Assembly (NCBI GenBank): GCA_022840695.1
Contig: JALHDC010000002.1
Span: forward strand, 25,753 to 89,752
DNA length: 64,000 bases
Direction: 5' to 3'
DNA from: a bacterium
Lineage (GTDB): Bacteria > Patescibacteriota > Dojkabacteria > SC72
Shown here: positions 1 to 8,718 of the stretch, piece after piece
Layout of the letters: each line of letters starts with the position of its first letter
Position numbering within the stretch: the stretch's first letter is position 1
The notes under the pieces: generated by a model
What the model was told of the DNA's origin: nothing
What the model saw: only the letters and a program-made list of their open reading frames with translations
Databases searched by the model: none
Program-made: the position numbers and the translations under genes

Positions 1-102
1 CTGACTAAAAGGATACACATTACTTTCCCTCCATTTAACCATTCTCTTGTAGAATTCATAGAAAGATGAACTCTGTTTTTTCCCAAATATTACGTCGAAC
101 AT
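1..102 (-). CDS. 5' end of a hypothetical protein running off the left edge (MFDVIFGKKQSSSFYEFYKRMVKWRESNVYPFSQ...)
   Basis: ATG at 102-100 on the minus strand, open to position 1; divergent from glmS. Confidence 0.55.
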   Translation of the reverse strand, partial: MFDVIFGKKQSSSFYEFYKRMVKWRESNVYPFSQ

Positions 103-173
103 AGTTAAATATATACTAATGGTGGGAACTATGGAAGATATATTAACAGATTTTAATACACTATGGAAAACTC

Positions 174-201
174 TTGACCAAAATTTTTAATAATGTAACA
201 T
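174..201 (+). promoter_or_regulatory. putative sigma70 promoter for the glmS leader
   Basis: TTGACC (174-179), 16 bp, TAACAT (196-201), just upstream of the ribozyme. Confidence 0.45.
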
Positions 202-221
202 ATACATAGGGTATTTAACAT

Positions 222-348
222 AATAGCGGCTGGGCAATGCTAAGGACATTGCAACGAGGCAGGAGCTATCGAGACATCAGCGGGCACTCCTAGGCTGTAT
301 TGTAAGCCTAAAGGTTAGTTACAAATCCACAAACTCTAACCAACAATC
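222..348 (+). ncRNA. glmS riboswitch-ribozyme (GlcN6P-activated), variant core
   Basis: AGCGGCUGG, P1 GCAAUG/CAUUGC, ACGAGG, UAUCGAGACAUCAGCGGG core, P2 AGGAG/CUCCU, P3 UAGGCU/AGCCUA, P4 GGUUAG/CUAACC, pseudoknot AUUGU/ACAAU; directly upstream of glmS. Confidence 0.88.
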
Positions 349-378
349 CCTAATCAATTAAAATAATTAACTACTACC

Positions 379-2166
379 ATGTGCGGCATATTTGGCTACA
401 CCGGATCTAATGTTGCAAACAATTTAATTTTTGACGGATTAAAAAGATTAGAGTATAGAGGGTACGATTCCTGGGGAATAGCGATATTAAAAGAAAATAA
501 AATACACCAATACAAAAACATCGGCTTAGTGAAAAAAGATAAAGATTTAGAAAAACTACCAGATGCTAAAATAGGGATAGGACATACTAGATGGGCAACT
601 CATGGAGGTGTAAAGAAAGTAAATGCCCATCCTCACATTTCGACAGAGAAAGACTTCACAATTGTTCAAAACGGAATGGTTGAAAATTTCGATTCATTAA
701 AAAAGCAACTTCTAAAACAGAAAGCTATATTTAAATCAGAAACAGACACAGAGGTAATTGTTAAACTTGTAGAAAAAGAAGTAAGGAGTGGGAAGTCTCT
801 CAAACAATCGTTAATAACTTCATTTAAAAAATTAGAGGGAAGAAATACCATAGCAATACTTGATTCAAAACAGAATAAAATATATGCAATTAAAAATGGT
901 TCGCCATTAGTTGTAGGACTCTCTAAAGATGGTATATACCTAGCTTCTGATTCTCTCTCCTTCTCTCCATACACTAAAAAAATTGTAGTCCTTGATGACT
1001 ATGATATGGTTGAAATTGAAGGAAAAAATATAAGTATATTCAATATTAAAACGAATAGAAAGAAAAAACCTGAGATTAAAACTTTAAAATATCAGTACGA
1101 GGAGATAGACAAAGGTAAGTATGATCACTTCATGCTTAAAGAAATTGTAGAGCAACAAAAAACAATTAATTATGCCACTGAATATACCTTGGAGGAGCTA
1201 AAACCTCTCCTAGAGGCAATTAGGAGGTCAAAAAAAGCATATATATTAGGAGCTGGTACTGCAGGATTTGCAGCTGGTCAAATTGGATATTTTCTAAGAA
1301 CAATAGCAGGCATAGATGCACAGGATGTAAAGAGCTATGAATTTAGATCATATCTTCCAATCATAACTTCTAAAGATTTAATAATAGCTGTATCACAAAG
1401 TGGAGAAACTGCAGATACAATAGAGCCATTGGAGATTTTGAAAAAGAAAGGTTGTAAGATAGCAAGTTTTGTAAATATGTTTGGTACTACAATATCCAGA
1501 ATGTCAGATTATGAATACTATACTAATGCGGGACCTGAGATATGTGTTGCTTCCACAAAGGTATTTACAGCTCAAAGTGCATGGGGATATCTTTTAGCTA
1601 TGTCATTAGCAGGAAAACATACTACAGCCCATAGAAGATTAAAATTACTAACAAAATCACTTAATAGTCTATTCACACCAAGTAGTTTTGACTACCTTAA
1701 ACGTATGTGTGGGGTTTTAAAAAAGAGTGAGCATATGTTCATATTAGGTAAAGGAGAAAATTCTTTTATAGCCCTAGAGGGAGCTCTAAAGATCAAAGAG
1801 ATTTCATACAAGCATGTGGAAGGCTTCTTTGCAGGAGAATTAAAACATGGAGTAATAGCTCTCATAGAGAAAGGTACTCCTGTATTTGGAATTATACCCG
1901 ATGATCATAAAGATAATGAGAACAAAGACATTATCAGTGCAATAGAACAGGTAAAGGCTAGGGGAGCTTTAACCATAGGTATTGGGAGTGAGCAGTATTC
2001 AAAATTAAAAATATTTGACTATTTCATTCCTACACCTCAAATTAACTCATTAAGTAGTATAGCCAATGTTATACCTTTTCAATTGGTATCATACTTTCTT
2101 TCTTTGCAATTAGGTAATAACATAGATAAACCTAGGAATTTAGCAAAATCAGTCACTGTTAAATAG
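379..2166 (+). CDS. glmS: glutamine--fructose-6-phosphate aminotransferase
   Basis: MCGIFG N-terminus, GHTRWATHG, SQSGETAD, C-terminal PRNLAKSVTV. Confidence 0.98.
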   Translation: MCGIFGYTGSNVANNLIFDGLKRLEYRGYDSWGIAILKENKIHQYKNIGLVKKDKDLEKLPDAKIGIGHTRWATHGGVKKVNAHPHISTEKDFTIVQNGMVENFDSLKKQLLKQKAIFKSETDTEVIVKLVEKEVRSGKSLKQSLITSFKKLEGRNTIAILDSKQNKIYAIKNGSPLVVGLSKDGIYLASDSLSFSPYTKKIVVLDDYDMVEIEGKNISIFNIKTNRKKKPEIKTLKYQYEEIDKGKYDHFMLKEIVEQQKTINYATEYTLEELKPLLEAIRRSKKAYILGAGTAGFAAGQIGYFLRTIAGIDAQDVKSYEFRSYLPIITSKDLIIAVSQSGETADTIEPLEILKKKGCKIASFVNMFGTTISRMSDYEYYTNAGPEICVASTKVFTAQSAWGYLLAMSLAGKHTTAHRRLKLLTKSLNSLFTPSSFDYLKRMCGVLKKSEHMFILGKGENSFIALEGALKIKEISYKHVEGFFAGELKHGVIALIEKGTPVFGIIPDDHKDNENKDIISAIEQVKARGALTIGIGSEQYSKLKIFDYFIPTPQINSLSSIANVIPFQLVSYFLSLQLGNNIDKPRNLAKSVTVK

Positions 2167-2190
2167 ACTTAATATGGGTTACAATTAAAT

Positions 2191-2748
2191 ATGGATTCAA
2201 GTAGGAATAAAACTGTAGTGTTGTTTCTGTTAATGGGAGCTACTGTAATATTCTCAATACTGTATGTATTTGTAATACTGCCTAATAATAAAAGTACATT
2301 GGGAAGCTCTGATATACTTCTAGAACTACCAGTACAGAAATGGAATATTAGGTATTCGGAGTATGGAATACTACCATTTTGTAAAGATGATAATACATCA
2401 TTAACATTTGAAGTAGGACCAGATACTACAGTATTTTCATCAGTATCAGGTATTGTAAGCTCTGTTAAGGACAACATCATAACAGTTGAGGTGTCTCCTG
2501 GTATCTATGTAGAGCACTTTCCAGTATCTAATTACAATGTTTTTGAGAATGACTATATAACAAAGGGACAATCAATCGGAAAAGTAGATGGGGAGTATTT
2601 GAATTTAAGAATTAATGTACAAAAGAATGAGTTATATGAATGTCCATATAATTTTTTAAATACATTTGGAAAGAGTATCGTAGATGAGGTATTAGAATTA
2701 GTAGAATATGAGGGTAATGCTTGTGAATGTGCTATTTTAAATTATTAA
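2191..2748 (+). CDS. membrane-anchored protein with M23-like fold, Zn ligands apparently absent
   Basis: N-terminal TM helix; TVFSSVSGIV and ITKGQSIGKV resemble M23 strands; no HxH motif. Confidence 0.5.
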   Translation: MDSSRNKTVVLFLLMGATVIFSILYVFVILPNNKSTLGSSDILLELPVQKWNIRYSEYGILPFCKDDNTSLTFEVGPDTTVFSSVSGIVSSVKDNIITVEVSPGIYVEHFPVSNYNVFENDYITKGQSIGKVDGEYLNLRINVQKNELYECPYNFLNTFGKSIVDEVLELVEYEGNACECAILNY

Positions 2749-2759
2749 TATATAGATAT

Positions 2760-3041
2760 ATGCCTGAGTATGTATACAGTATTATATTGGTATTAGCTAT
2801 TGTAGGTATTATGGTTTGGTGGGTAGCTAAGAAGAGAGGAGAGGAATGGAAGGGAGAAGTAATTAAGAAGAGGTATTCTCCTGGGGATTATGAGAATTCA
2901 CCTAGTTATACTGTAGTGTTTAAGACAGATGAGGGTAAAAAGAAAAGATTTACTACAGCAGATAGTAAATATTATGATTCATGGAATGAGGGAGATAGGG
3001 CAGAGAAGAAGAAAGGAGAGTTTTTTCCAAGTAAGGTGTAG
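2760..3041 (+). CDS. small membrane-anchored hypothetical protein
   Basis: N-terminal TM then beta-rich domain; start MPEY chosen after upstream stop. Confidence 0.7.
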   Translation: MPEYVYSIILVLAIVGIMVWWVAKKRGEEWKGEVIKKRYSPGDYENSPSYTVVFKTDEGKKKRFTTADSKYYDSWNEGDRAEKKKGEFFPSKV

Positions 3042-3046
3042 TAATT

Positions 3047-3379
3047 ATGGAATTTGAAACACTTAGAAACAAGCAGGTGTATTTAATAGATAGGGATAAT
3101 AGTCCTTCTAAGTATAAAGAAGATTCTAAAAAGATAGAAGAAGAGATAAGGAAGGAGATATGGAATGGGGAATATAGTAAACCTATCTATTATTATGGTA
3201 TATCAGATGTTTTACCTGAATTAGATAAATTTACAAATGGAGATAGATCTAAGGTTTGTGTTTCTGATAATTGTGTATTTCCTGATAAATATAATAATAC
3301 ATTAGTTTATGTAGCAGAGGATAAGGTTATACATTGGTTTGTTTCTCCTAAGGATGTAGGATTGGAAAGAGGGGATTAG
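3047..3379 (+). CDS. hypothetical protein
   Basis: 110-aa ORF in operon spacing. Confidence 0.65.
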   Translation: MEFETLRNKQVYLIDRDNSPSKYKEDSKKIEEEIRKEIWNGEYSKPIYYYGISDVLPELDKFTNGDRSKVCVSDNCVFPDKYNNTLVYVAEDKVIHWFVSPKDVGLERGD

Positions 3380-3406
3380 TAGGGTATAATTACATTGTTT
3401 TATTAT

Positions 3407-3484
3407 GGTGGATGTAGCTCAACTGGTTAGAGCATCGGTTTGTGGAACCGAGGGTTGTGGGTTCAAATCCCATCTTCCACCCCA
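3407..3484 (+). tRNA. tRNA-His(GTG) with encoded G-1 and CCA; island integration target
   Basis: Cloverleaf: anticodon arm TCGGT-TTGTGGA-ACCGA, T-arm GTGGG-TTCAAAT-CCCAT; upstream GGGTATAAT. Confidence 0.96.
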
Positions 3485-3597
3485 TGTAGAGAAACAATCT
3501 CTTTGTATTGGCAGCCTTTATTGATACTAAATCCAAGCTTGAGGTATGGTTCAAGTAGTTCGATAACTTTGTTTTTATTTCGTTGTAATCCCCTCAT
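3463..3597 (-). pseudogene. truncated ORF reading into attL (MRGLQRNKNKVIELLEPYLKLG...HGVEDGI)
   Basis: ATG overlaps the end of the acidic ORF; frame runs through the att core and stops inside the antisense tRNA. Confidence 0.5.
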
Positions 3598-3793
3598 CGT
3601 TATCCTCCTTATATGATCCTGTATCGTCTTCAAATTGATATGGTTGATCATCTTCTGGATATTCAGTTTCCATTGCATTATCATCTTCTAGAAGGTCTGT
3701 AAGAGCCTCTAGAGACTGTTCATCCCCTTCATCGAATGTAGAAGTTTCTTCTGTATCTATTTCATCTTGTGTTGTCTGATCATCGTCATCCAT
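3575..3793 (-). CDS. small highly acidic protein
   Basis: 72 aa, about 30 Asp/Glu and 2 Lys; GCGATATAAT 6 nt before the ATG. Confidence 0.7.
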   Translation of the reverse strand: MDDDDQTTQDEIDTEETSTFDEGDEQSLEALTDLLEDDNAMETEYPEDDQPYQFEDDTGSYKEDNDEGITTK

Positions 3794-3807
3794 ATTTGAT
3801 TATATCG

Positions 3808-5025
3808 CTATATTAGCTTACCTTCAAAGGCTTTTTTAAGGATTGATTGACGGAGTGACTTTATAAAAGCTTTTTGCTCTTGAATCCTACGAATTGATTC
3901 GTCAGAGTATGTCTTTAACTTCTCAAGCTTCTTGGAAATCGCTTTTTGACGGCTTATGTCTTGAGGATAAATAAATGGCAGATTCTCTGTTTTTGATTTA
4001 TTTAATATTGGCAGTGTTGTACTAGAACTCTCAGTAGTGATTAATGAGCGTATTTTTCTGAGATAGAAATAAAGATATTTCATATCGAACTTTGGATTAG
4101 GAATAAAAGAATTGATTTGTTGGTTTGTTGTAAGCTCTACTTCTGCAATCCCGACTTTTCCAATCGTTGCACCTATGCAACATAAGAGTACTGTATCTTC
4201 AGGTAATAGTCTTACAACCCCAGTTTCGATTGCATATTTATCAATATATTTATTAGCCTTTGTGATTACGATTTCTGAGTCAGGTAAATCGCTTGGTCCG
4301 ACAAAAGGTATGTCCTGATTTGTATAGTAAAGTTTCTCCTTTGTTTGGGGTGTTTTTCCCGTGTATACTTGGAAAATATCTCCTAGTGATTTAATTTCCC
4401 AGCGATCATCTTCCTCAGGTAAGGTATGAGGGATAAGCCTCTCTAATGCACTATCCATTACCTTGTTTAATTTATCTTCAGCTTGTTTAAGCTTTGCTTC
4501 TGATTTATCTAATAATGTAAAGCATTCTTTTATTTTTGATAAGATTTCAGACTGTGTTTCTAAATCGGGCAAATTTATAGGAATTTCTCTTATGACTTTC
4601 ATCGGTTTTAAATTCTGCATTGCCGTGCCTGAAGTTTGTAGAAGATATCTCTTTTGGACATATTCTGATTCTAAGTAAAGCTTTAAAAACTCTGAGTACA
4701 CTTTTTCACTTGGTCGGATTCTTAGTAATGCTTGGTTTATAATGCCACTTTTTACACCTTTAGGAGCAATTGATAACTTTCCGATGGTTCCTGAACAACT
4801 CATGATTATGTCATTTGGTATTACTTCGAATGCCTTCATCTCTTGAAACTTCTCGCTATTTATATAATAGGAACCAAGTCTGAAATCATCGTAAATAGCA
4901 TTTTTTTGCTCATACACTTTATAACCATCTGGTACGAAAATGCTCTTCTTTAATGCTCCACCAAAAGGGCCTCTCTTTAGGTCTGCTACTTCATTTAGCT
5001 TGATTGTTTTAAAATTCTTTTTCAT
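3808..5025 (-). CDS. hsdS: type I R-M specificity subunit
   Basis: Two TRDs with conserved repeats (INLPDLETQ...; LRQSILKKAFEGKL). Confidence 0.95.
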   Translation of the reverse strand: MKKNFKTIKLNEVADLKRGPFGGALKKSIFVPDGYKVYEQKNAIYDDFRLGSYYINSEKFQEMKAFEVIPNDIIMSCSGTIGKLSIAPKGVKSGIINQALLRIRPSEKVYSEFLKLYLESEYVQKRYLLQTSGTAMQNLKPMKVIREIPINLPDLETQSEILSKIKECFTLLDKSEAKLKQAEDKLNKVMDSALERLIPHTLPEEDDRWEIKSLGDIFQVYTGKTPQTKEKLYYTNQDIPFVGPSDLPDSEIVITKANKYIDKYAIETGVVRLLPEDTVLLCCIGATIGKVGIAEVELTTNQQINSFIPNPKFDMKYLYFYLRKIRSLITTESSSTTLPILNKSKTENLPFIYPQDISRQKAISKKLEKLKTYSDESIRRIQEQKAFIKSLRQSILKKAFEGKLI

Positions 5026-5034
5026 TGCTATTTA

Positions 5035-5802
5035 TTAAAATGGTAATTCGTTTTCATTACTCACTGATTGAGGCTCTTCAATATTAAACTTTTTGTTGTA
5101 GTAGCTAATTAAAAATATTCCCACCGTAGCAACAGAATTAATGATAAATGAAGCATACAGAGGATTGTCTATAATTCTGTCTTCGGTTAATTTACCATGT
5201 GATCTAGTCTTTTCACTTCGGAGTTGTTCTATTGCTCTTGAAACAGCTAATAAGCTACTGCCTATTGTTTTCACCTCAGTAGGCATTTCTTTTTCTGGAT
5301 ATAATTGAAATTGTTTAAGAATATCAATAGCCTGTTCGTATAAAGTCTTTGTCTTATCAAAGTTTTCAAATTTACTATCCTTTAATATATGTTTTACGAT
5401 GCTTTCTAGTGCAGAATTAGCTAGTGAAATTGCATTATCTGGATGTTCGTAACATTGATTCAGTGCCTGTTTGAATGTTTCTCCAGCTGTTTGGTAGTTT
5501 ACCTTGAAAATATTATATATTTCAGATACCGCAGGTATAAAGTCTGGTGTATTAACTCCTATGTCTGCTGCGATTTGTAAAACGGTCTCATCGTCAATAT
5601 GTGTTAATGTCTGTGTCAAATCTATCTCGTTTGTATCTCCTTTGGTAATTATTACAAAATTCTGATTATTCCAATCATACTCTTCTATCCATTGCTCCAT
5701 GTATTGTCGTACACGCTTATACGTTTTGTATTCGTTCCATATAGCATTTTCAATCTCGAGTAATAACTGCATTTTGAATTTTGGAGAGATCTTATCTATC
5801 AT
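5035..5802 (-). CDS. abortive infection family protein (Abi_C-like C-terminus)
   Basis: AISLANSALESIVKHIL ... IEQLRSEKTRSHGK, an R-x-H HEPN-like motif typical of Abi_C. Confidence 0.7.
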   Translation of the reverse strand: MIDKISPKFKMQLLLEIENAIWNEYKTYKRVRQYMEQWIEEYDWNNQNFVIITKGDTNEIDLTQTLTHIDDETVLQIAADIGVNTPDFIPAVSEIYNIFKVNYQTAGETFKQALNQCYEHPDNAISLANSALESIVKHILKDSKFENFDKTKTLYEQAIDILKQFQLYPEKEMPTEVKTIGSSLLAVSRAIEQLRSEKTRSHGKLTEDRIIDNPLYASFIINSVATVGIFLISYYNKKFNIEEPQSVSNENELPF

Positions 5803-7166
5803 AATTCTTTCTGTAATTTTTCCAAGTTATCTAATACCTCTTTAATATCCTTTATACTCTCTTGTATAAGTACTTCCGGTTCTGGAAGATCATCTAAGTT
5901 TCCTAAGCTCTTATCTTTTATCCAAGTGATATCTAAGTTGAAGTTTCTTTTTTGTATATCTTCATATGTAAATTTCTTCCATCTTTCTGTCTCTTCATTT
6001 CTATTCTGGTGTGCATCTTCAAATTCTTTGAAATAGTTTTTTGTTAATCCTTTTGTTTTGGTGATCTTTTCTACATTAGTTCTCATATCGTAGATCCATA
6101 CTTCTTCTGTTCTCTTACCTGTTTTTTCAAAGAAAAGAACGTTTGTTTTCACTCCTGCAGCATATGGTGTAAATACTCCATCTGGAAGTCTTAGGATAGT
6201 ATGTAGGTTGTTATTCTCTAATAATATCTTTCTAATCTTTTGACCATCGTTATCTTCAAAAAGTACATTGTCGGGCATAACCATTGCACATCTTCCTCCG
6301 ATCTTTAGAATACTCATACAGTGTTGTAGGAAGTTTAACTGCTTGTTACTTGTCTGTACTGTAAAGTCGTCTCTGGTGTATTTAGAGCCTCCAGATTTCG
6401 TTCCAAATGGAGGATTGGTTACTATTACGTCGTATGATCCATATCGTTCTTCTAGAGCGTCTCCAAAGCGTATATTGGCCTCTATATCGTGTAGGTAGAG
6501 GTTCATTATGCATAGTCTTCTTGTATCCCAAACAATCTCACCTCCTGATATTGCTTTCTTTTGTAGAAACTCTTGTTCTTCAATACTTAATGCTTTGTTT
6601 TCTTTTTCTAATTTACTAAATATGTGCTCAAATGCTCCAATTAAGAAGCCTCCTGTACCACAAGCAGGATCGTGTATTGTTTCGTTATGTTTTGGATCTA
6701 CACATTTAACTATTGATTTAATTAATTCTCTTGGTGTGAAGTATTGTCCTGCTCCTTTTTGATCAGCTGCAAATTTAGCTAGAAGGCCTTCATATGCTGT
6801 TCCTTTTACATCTATATCAAGTGTCCCCCAGTCGTTTTCGTTTATTAGAAGTATCAGCTTTGAGAGGTTTACTGGATTTCTGAATTTGTTGTTAGATTGG
6901 GAAAATATATCTCCTAATACGTCTTCTTGTTTCCCAAGTTCTCTAAGCATTTCAGAATAGTGTTCTAGAAGATCTGTACCACTATGTTCTAGCAGTGTAT
7001 TCCATTTATATTTTTCTGGTACATATGCTCCTCTTTCATCTGCCATTTTCAAAAAGAGTAGGTATGTCAACTGTTCAATGTAGTCTCCATAGTGCATACC
7101 GTCTGCTTTGAGTACGTTACAGTATCCCCAAAGTTTATTTACTATGTCTGATTCTTGTTGTGTCAT
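5799..7166 (-). CDS. hsdM: type I R-M methyltransferase
   Basis: GQYFTPR, DPACGTGGF, NPPF motifs. Confidence 0.97.
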   Translation of the reverse strand: MTQQESDIVNKLWGYCNVLKADGMHYGDYIEQLTYLLFLKMADERGAYVPEKYKWNTLLEHSGTDLLEHYSEMLRELGKQEDVLGDIFSQSNNKFRNPVNLSKLILLINENDWGTLDIDVKGTAYEGLLAKFAADQKGAGQYFTPRELIKSIVKCVDPKHNETIHDPACGTGGFLIGAFEHIFSKLEKENKALSIEEQEFLQKKAISGGEIVWDTRRLCIMNLYLHDIEANIRFGDALEERYGSYDVIVTNPPFGTKSGGSKYTRDDFTVQTSNKQLNFLQHCMSILKIGGRCAMVMPDNVLFEDNDGQKIRKILLENNNLHTILRLPDGVFTPYAAGVKTNVLFFEKTGKRTEEVWIYDMRTNVEKITKTKGLTKNYFKEFEDAHQNRNEETERWKKFTYEDIQKRNFNLDITWIKDKSLGNLDDLPEPEVLIQESIKDIKEVLDNLEKLQKEL

Positions 7167-7167
7167 A

Positions 7168-8718
7168 TTATTCTTGTCCTAAAATTATCTTTTCTAACTC
7201 TTGATAAACCTTCATTTCTGGAGTAATTACTTCTGCCAATTTTTGTTTGTATGTCTTTAGGTCAATACTTTTCAAAGTAGGTGTAACAGTGTTTCTAAAT
7301 GTTATACTTAGATCCTTCAGCTCGTCATTGATTATATCTTTAACCAACTTATCATATTCTTCCTTACTCGCGTTATTATCAAGCTTTGAAACCACCTCCC
7401 AGTCATACAAATAGTTCTCAAGCTCTCTTCGTTTGAGCATTCTTCTTTTGGTCGGATTCACTTTAAGCCATTCATCTCTATTCTCATTGTCTCGATCTTT
7501 TAAAACAAAAATTTTTAGTGAATCAAATGCTTTTGCTAATACCTTTAATGCTATCTCAGAATATCCGTCTGGTTCTGTATTTCCTCCGCTTGATACAAAT
7601 AATATCTCTGGCTTCGTTATCTCAAATATCTTGTTATAACAAATAGCGTCTATTCCTCGTTCATCGTCTGTATCATTGCGACCTTCGCAATAGTAAATCT
7701 GCTCAGGAGCTAGGAGGCCAGTTAAGTCCTCCAATGTTATCTTGAACAACTTTTTCCAATTTGCTGGTGTCGTCTTCATAGGGGTTAGTATTTGTTCAAC
7801 ATCGAAATCCTTATCAAAATCTAGCACAATGCTTTTGTCTTTTAGTTCCTTTTGTAGTGCTTGTAAAAAGCCTATGCTATGTGTTGCTATCCACAACTGG
7901 CAATTGTTAGGTACAAGTTTTTCGATCTCTATTAATAAGTTTCTTTGTATAGAAGGATTTATGTGTAGCTCAGGTTCGTCAATGCAAAAGATTGTATCGT
8001 TATAAGCATCTTTTTTGATAATCAAGTCAAGAACAATGTCTAAAACTTCTTTTTCTCCCGAGGAGAGATCTTCATAAGGTATATTTCGTGCTGATCCTTT
8101 ATGAAAGAATAATTGTCCTCTTTTTTCTATGACATTTCCTAAATCTGCCACTGATATATCTCCAAGAATATTTCTTAGTGATTGGTTAATTTGTCCAAGT
8201 AAATCGTTCATAATTTCTTGCCCAGTTTTTGTTCTTGTTACAAATACATCTTTCCAAGCTTTTCCTTGAAGTCTTTCATAGTTCTCTGTTAATCTGGAAT
8301 CTATCTGAGTCATACTTCCTGGTCTGTTTGTATCATTTAACAAGTCTTGCTCTTGTGCTCGTATCTGAGTGATATTTAGAGAAGGAGTATAACGATATGG
8401 AGTCCTAATGTAAAAACTCTTATTATTCAAGGCTGCTGAGTCCTCTCTTTCCACGTTAATGTTGGAATTTCTCGAGTATGAAGCTCCGCTCGGCTCTGAA
8501 CTTGTTACATATAAAGATTTAGACAGATATGTCACTTGAGGATTATAACTAGAGCCCTTATGATTCTTGTTTAACTCTTCAAAGGCGTCAAATACTGAAC
8601 TTTTCCCCGATCCATTGGGGCCAACAAGTGCTACTATTTTAGGTGAGTATCCATCTAAATCAATCTCAAGATTAGTGAAGCGTTTAAAATCTTTCAGAAT
8701 GACCTTCTTAATTCTCAT
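7168..8718 (-). CDS. OLD-like ABC ATPase fused to a TOPRIM-like nuclease domain
   Basis: Walker A GPNGSGKS, LSSGE, IDEPE, ATHS, then CEG...SGG...DRD...RELENYL. Confidence 0.8.
   Translation of the reverse strand: MRIKKVILKDFKRFTNLEIDLDGYSPKIVALVGPNGSGKSSVFDAFEELNKNHKGSSYNPQVTYLSKSLYVTSSEPSGASYSRNSNINVEREDSAALNNKSFYIRTPYRYTPSLNITQIRAQEQDLLNDTNRPGSMTQIDSRLTENYERLQGKAWKDVFVTRTKTGQEIMNDLLGQINQSLRNILGDISVADLGNVIEKRGQLFFHKGSARNIPYEDLSSGEKEVLDIVLDLIIKKDAYNDTIFCIDEPELHINPSIQRNLLIEIEKLVPNNCQLWIATHSIGFLQALQKELKDKSIVLDFDKDFDVEQILTPMKTTPANWKKLFKITLEDLTGLLAPEQIYYCEGRNDTDDERGIDAICYNKIFEITKPEILFVSSGGNTEPDGYSEIALKVLAKAFDSLKIFVLKDRDNENRDEWLKVNPTKRRMLKRRELENYLYDWEVVSKLDNNASKEEYDKLVKDIINDELKDLSITFRNTVTPTLKSIDLKTYKQKLAEVITPEMKVYQELEKIILGQE

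Noticed and set aside
128-168. Direct repeat ACTATGGAA upstream of the glmS promoter
   Set aside because: Only 9 bp in two copies with nothing else to support a function.
7168-8718. Gabija or retron system
   Set aside because: No UvrD-like GajB, reverse transcriptase or msr/msd is visible nearby.
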